From Azolla caroliniana (taxonomy: Eukaryota > Plantae > Polypodiophyta), in contig JBHGNT010000015.1 in assembly GCA_043228905.1 (NCBI GenBank), positions 10,292,001 through 10,356,000 on the forward strand: a stretch of DNA of 64,000 nucleotides. Reading direction: 5' to 3'. The position numbers were made by a program, and so were the translations under genes. Shown here in pieces: positions 59,401-64,000 of this stretch; position 1 is the stretch's first letter; each line of letters opens with the position of its first letter. The notes under the pieces are model-generated. The model saw only the letters and a list, made by a program, of their open reading frames with translations, did no database searches and was not told the DNA's origin.

Positions 59401-60766
59401 CTGCCTCTCCAATCCTGGTTTTCAAGCATGTAATTACACCATGCATCAGGTTACTCGGAGGGTCGTTTGTCAACGTAGGAGCTAAAAGGTCTCTGTAGTA
59501 ATTAGTCGCCATTTGCAAGATTTCCTCTTGATCAAATGTCATTGAATCATCCTCCCGTTTGAGACTATGAATATGTGTTCCTCTCCGTTTCGGAGTCTTG
59601 GCAAGAAAAAATTCCCTGTTAACTTTATCTCCCTTGACAGCCCACCATGTTGCTGACTTTTTGAAGAGGAATTGCTCACGTTGCTGTCTAACCTCCTGCA
59701 GCAACCTAGTGGCCTACTGCAGCCTGTCTTTCGCCCAAGCACAACATGGGTCCACTTGCGTGAGCTTTTGAGCTGAGATGACTGCCTTCCTTAGGCATTG
59801 CAGTTGGTATTGGCACCTTAACAGCTCCTCCCTAGCCACTTTCTGAAGAAACAAAGAAGAATTAATAATCTTTTCCTCCAGTACCTGTATCGGGTCGTGG
59901 GCTGATGGGGATGCCGTCCAAATGGTATTCATTGCATCCTTAACCTTCTGGATACCGAAAATCTTCGGAGGAATCCTCACATTGCTCTCACTCTTCTTCT
60001 TATAAATAGGTTCAAGAGTCAAGGATACTAGAAGGTGATCCGAATAAGTAAAACCAGCAAGAATGGATGAGAAGCCACTCCATTCCTCTATCCCGGGGCT
60101 CACATAGATGCGGTCCAATCTAGAGTGACATCCTTCACTCTCCTTCCAGCCAAAGCATGAGAACCTTAAGGAATTCACCTCAACTGCCATAGTAGAATAC
60201 CACGAGTCCCGGATTCCCAACATAGAAGTTAAGAAACCCCACGCTCTAAGCTCCTCCCCATGTAGCAAGTTCGAATGAGCCCCAAGACAATCTTCCACTC
60301 TCTCTGTCATGTTAAAATCCCCTGCCACTATCCAATTGTCGACGGAGGGAATTTTGTTTGCCAACTGTCTCCAAAATGAGGTCCTCTCATTGCTAATGTT
60401 AGGTGCGTAGACATTCAGCACCCCAAATTTTACATTCCTCCATTCCAAGTAGCAGAACATAGCCCTACCTTCGATCAATATGCCATGATCCAAGATGATG
60501 ATATCCTCTGATTTCCTCACCAAAATACACACTCCACCTCTCCTTTCTAACACGCCGTGAGCAGGAGCCCACCATGTGTACCAATCCCCTGGCAACAGGT
60601 CTTTGAACAGTTCCGTTCTTTCTCGGCCAAGGTGATGCTCTTGTAAGAGCAAAATATCAATAGTTTTACAAAGGCCGTCAGCTTCCCATTCTCTCCTAAA
60701 CCGACGCTTCTCTAGCTGATGTTGAGATCCACCAAGTCCTTGCACATTCCAAGAACAAATTCTCAT
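56492..60766 (-). pseudogene. L1 ORF2 (APE endonuclease, RT, zf-RVT) with stops and frameshifts
   Basis: SWNVQGL, LQE, GDFN, SRLDR and SDH; PGADG, WRPI, LDFEKAYDRV and FADD; CKAC..EDIAHC. Confidence 0.92.
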
Positions 60767-63072
60767 TGACTTGGGTTCACAAAAAAAGCCAAGGGGGAAT
60801 CTCCCATGCTCGACAAATATGTCTCTATCATACGCCATATAAATTCCCACTCCATACTTATTTTCCATTCTTCATTCTTGGGCACTTCAGCATAGTGGAA
60901 GTGGAACAAACCAGGATTCAACCCTAGATCCTGTACCTTCCATATGCAAACCACTGGAACATCTTGAGCAAGTTCCATAAGCTCCCCTTGTATCGGGGAG
61001 CTCGTCCATAATGTTTGCAGCCCTATAGCCTTATTTTCAAATGTAAGGTACTGGAGACATAATGTTGCCCTGTTACAAAACGCCTTCAAGGACGAGTCTT
61101 CTCCTCTTTCATTTTTCAAATCAGGTTCCAAGTCAAACGAACAACCAGTCTCCGGTCTGCCGGAGTTGCTGTTGAAGAGGACCATGTGTGCTCTAGTCCA
61201 CCCGTGCACTCTTCCCCTTGGATTACTAATGTTCACCACAACCTTGGGTACTTTCATATCTTGCATCCTCAATGCTTGCATCATAACAAACTCCACACCC
61301 ACAGTTGAGGGATTTCCAACCTCAGTCCGTGTGATCATTTTTTTTGCTTCAATATTCCTGACGTCCACTTCACTTTCCTTGTCCTTCCCTTTCCTGATCC
61401 AGGCCTTAACCACTCTCAGGTCTGATGAAAATCTACTGTCACGACCCTCAGAGGGCTCTACGAGTGCTTCATGGATCTCGACTCGAGGTAGTAACTCAAA
61501 TGGATTTGCTAAAATTATTTCGCCTTCCTGGGGTTCCATTTGTGAAAGGATGTCAAATCTATTCGAAATGGAACCTCCACTTGTAGGTGGGCAAGCAAGA
61601 CCGTGGAGGCTAGGCTTGGCCACTTTCCTCGGCGATATCCATCCTTTTTCCCTTACTACTTGCTTCCCATTGTGAACCATGACCATGTGGCCTGCCATCC
61701 CTGCATGTGGGATATCCGGCAACTTGTTGTCTTGCTGTCCCCTATGCGCTCTTGCATTCCCATACAAGGGGCAGTGTTTGGCCATATGGCCCATCTCCTT
61801 ACATGCAAAGCATTGACCCGGAAAGCCTTCATAACTAACCTTCACCACCCTTAGGCCAAAGTCCTCCGTGTGGACTCTAATCTCTGATGGTAGTTTTTTA
61901 ATGTCACTAACCAACACCTTCATCTTGGGCATTTCGGCTACCTTATCTGCAAATGAAGGTTTCGTTGTACATACCACCCCTATATTGTGTGCGAGCTTTG
62001 GGATCAAATGGTGGAGTTGGAAAGGTAGGTCTGGGAAGCATACTGTAATGACCATCGGTGTGCCCGCTTTTTTATTCTCTTCCTTTGCATCGAAGTTTGG
62101 ACTCCATTCCAAAATCATGGCTTTGCCATACTTGAGTGTAATCCATTTGTGATCCAGAATCTCCTTCACATTATGACCTTCTTCTAAGATCACATGGTAA
62201 TAGTTGAGGCCCATTCTCAAAATGTTCTGGATAGGCGGCATTTTATCCAAAAGAGCTGCCTGCAACATGTCCCTTAGCATCCCTTTACTTGTTCGTCCTC
62301 CTAACAACCGACAAATGAACGATGAACACTTTAAACGGCCCACTTCTTCCATCAATCTTCGATTCTCTGCCGGAGAAAGATAAAGGTCGATCCCTTTTCT
62401 TTCATCAATGCCCTCCTCCACCTGCTTCTCTTCAACCTGACCACTATCATTATTCTCTTTTACTATCAAGACATTGCCCAAGCCTGCCTCGGTGTTCATT
62501 TCGGAATGTGCCATGATCAGCCCCCCGCCTATCTGCTCCTCATTCTGCGGATCTGGATGCATACCTGTACCTAATATTTCAGCTGGAGGATACGAATCCA
62601 TACCTGTTCCAACTATGTGTGTTGGAGGAAGGTTGAGCATATCCATCTCCAAAAGGTTGTCGTCGCATTCGTTGATTGGGGAATGTGGCATGAGCATGTG
62701 GCGCCTTCCTAATGTTCTAGCCTCCAATGTTACAGACCTGTCCAATGCCTTCCCTGGCTGTCCCGATCTCAAACGCGCAATCCGATGAGAGGTTTGTTGC
62801 CGCAAGGGAAGCGACGGCCAACGAGGACGCTGGGAGGAAGCCTTTCCTTTTGTAGGAACACCATCATTCACTTTCCGCATCTTCCCTGCCTCACAACGTC
62901 TCCTCAATGTGATTCCCTGACACCACAGAACAGCCACTGGTGAGCGGCCGAGACTCCCTCCTGCGATTGCGATAGCCGCTGCGCGAGATCTTAGACAACG
63001 GCACATAGCTATCCGCCGCGGGCGCTCCTCACCGTGCTCCTGTTCCTGCTCGTCGTTTCCTCTTCCCGCCAT
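60763..63072 (-). CDS. L1 ORF1, 769 aa, with a zinc knuckle
   Basis: CFACKEMGHMAKHC; plant L1 ORF1-like W..F..LP segment; overlaps the ORF2 start (ATGA). Confidence 0.82.
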   Translation of the reverse strand: MAGRGNDEQEQEHGEERPRRIAMCRCLRSRAAAIAIAGGSLGRSPVAVLWCQGITLRRRCEAGKMRKVNDGVPTKGKASSQRPRWPSLPLRQQTSHRIARLRSGQPGKALDRSVTLEARTLGRRHMLMPHSPINECDDNLLEMDMLNLPPTHIVGTGMDSYPPAEILGTGMHPDPQNEEQIGGGLIMAHSEMNTEAGLGNVLIVKENNDSGQVEEKQVEEGIDERKGIDLYLSPAENRRLMEEVGRLKCSSFICRLLGGRTSKGMLRDMLQAALLDKMPPIQNILRMGLNYYHVILEEGHNVKEILDHKWITLKYGKAMILEWSPNFDAKEENKKAGTPMVITVCFPDLPFQLHHLIPKLAHNIGVVCTTKPSFADKVAEMPKMKVLVSDIKKLPSEIRVHTEDFGLRVVKVSYEGFPGQCFACKEMGHMAKHCPLYGNARAHRGQQDNKLPDIPHAGMAGHMVMVHNGKQVVREKGWISPRKVAKPSLHGLACPPTSGGSISNRFDILSQMEPQEGEIILANPFELLPRVEIHEALVEPSEGRDSRFSSDLRVVKAWIRKGKDKESEVDVRNIEAKKMITRTEVGNPSTVGVEFVMMQALRMQDMKVPKVVVNISNPRGRVHGWTRAHMVLFNSNSGRPETGCSFDLEPDLKNERGEDSSLKAFCNRATLCLQYLTFENKAIGLQTLWTSSPIQGELMELAQDVPVVCIWKVQDLGLNPGLFHFHYAEVPKNEEWKISMEWEFIWRMIETYLSSMGDSPLAFFVNPSQ

Positions 63073-63154
63073 TCTCTGCTCCTGCTCTTCGCCATCGCCA
63101 TCGCGTTAGATCATCACCTTACCATGACACTATGATAATATTATATGTTATATG

Positions 63155-64000
63155 TGTTAGAAAATCGACGCTTCCAAAAACTTTACCTCTCGGCCACAAC
63201 CGAGGAAACACGAGTCAATGCAGCAGTAAATCGAAAACACAGAGAGAGACTCGAATGCACAGGGTTTAGCGTGGAAAACCCTAGATGGGAAAAACCACGG
63301 GAGTGCAAGACTCCAACTATCACTATACGCAGGGAATGTACAATGGCGAGCTGCAAGGCGACGACCTTGAGCTCGCTGTCCTCGCCACAGGCGGCGGTAT
63401 TACACAGAGGCGTCGACCTCTTCCTTTCTCTCTCTCTCTCTCTCTCTCGGCTGCTCTCACTTCGCTCCCTCTAAGTGGAAAACAGAAAAATGAGCAACAA
63501 CTACAAAACTGTTTGCCCTAAGTCATATTTATACACATATGACTTTCGGGCTATTTACAAATATAGCCTAGAGGGCCCTTGGCAAACATATTCACAAATA
63601 TGTCCCCGCATCCGGATCTCTCTCCGGGTACATTCGTCATCCGGCTCCGTAGCCGGGGTCTTCATCATACGGCTCCGAAACCGGGTCTTCGTCATCCGGC
63701 TCCGTAGCCGGGGTCTTCATCATCCGGCTCCGAAACCGGGTCTTCGTCATCCGGCTCCGTAGCCGGGGTCTTCATCATCCGGCTCCGAAACCGAGTCTTC
63801 GTCATCTGGCTCCGTAGCCGGGGTCTTCATCATCCGGCTCCGAAACCGGGTCTTCGTCATCCGGCTCCGTAGCCGGGGTCTTCATCATCCGGATCCGAAA
63901 CCGGGTCTTCCTCATCCGGTTCCGATACCGGGTACTCCTCATTCGGGTCTTCATTCCCGATTCCCGGACATCTGACCATCCCATCCGGAGGGACCGTAAT
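63155..64000. mobile_element. Start of a probable LTR (Copia-like, reversed) containing a 55-bp tandem repeat
   Basis: TGTTAG start; GTGGAAAACCC..GGGAAAAACCAC motif; CT run; alternating 28+27-bp units from 63638. Confidence 0.5.

Larger units (their letters stand above)
56239..63126 (-). mobile_element. Full-length L1-clade LINE, ORF2 decayed
   Basis: Poly-T at 56239-56247; TSD ACACTATGATAATA at 56225-56238 and 63127-63140. Confidence 0.93.

Noticed and set aside
63638-63960. CRISPR array
   Set aside because: No unique spacers, no cas genes, eukaryotic context.

Overview
Eukaryotic, transposon-packed window, most likely from a non-seed land plant such as a bryophyte (inferred from TTTAGGG motifs, plant-type tRNA primer sites, GT-AG introns and CpG decay). 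No intact host gene is present. The left part is a five-layer nest: an intron-containing beta-class N6A/N4C DNA methyltransferase-like pseudogene (24168-26164) is interrupted by a Copia element, which is interrupted by Gypsy A, which contains Gypsy B (6557-20592). The 5' LTR of B contains an apparently intact endonuclease-less Penelope-like retroelement (14243-20077) with ORF1, a -1 frameshift signal, RT, a hammerhead ribozyme and a telomere-like 3' tail, flanked by a ~360-bp duplication. The middle holds a hAT-type MITE and a decayed Gypsy split by a 10.8-kb P-element-like DNA transposon (8-bp TSD, CCCGGG ends), which carries a 4.5-kb low-complexity tract and a five-copy LTR array. The right part has non-autonomous Gypsy D with Gypsy C inside its LTR, a full-length decayed L1 LINE and the start of another LTR. 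Other oddities are a tRNA-3'-end sequence where the PPT of Gypsy A should be, a tRNA-derived Pol III module in the B/D LTRs, and CG-centred 4-bp TSDs. All calls were made by eye; no database searches were run.
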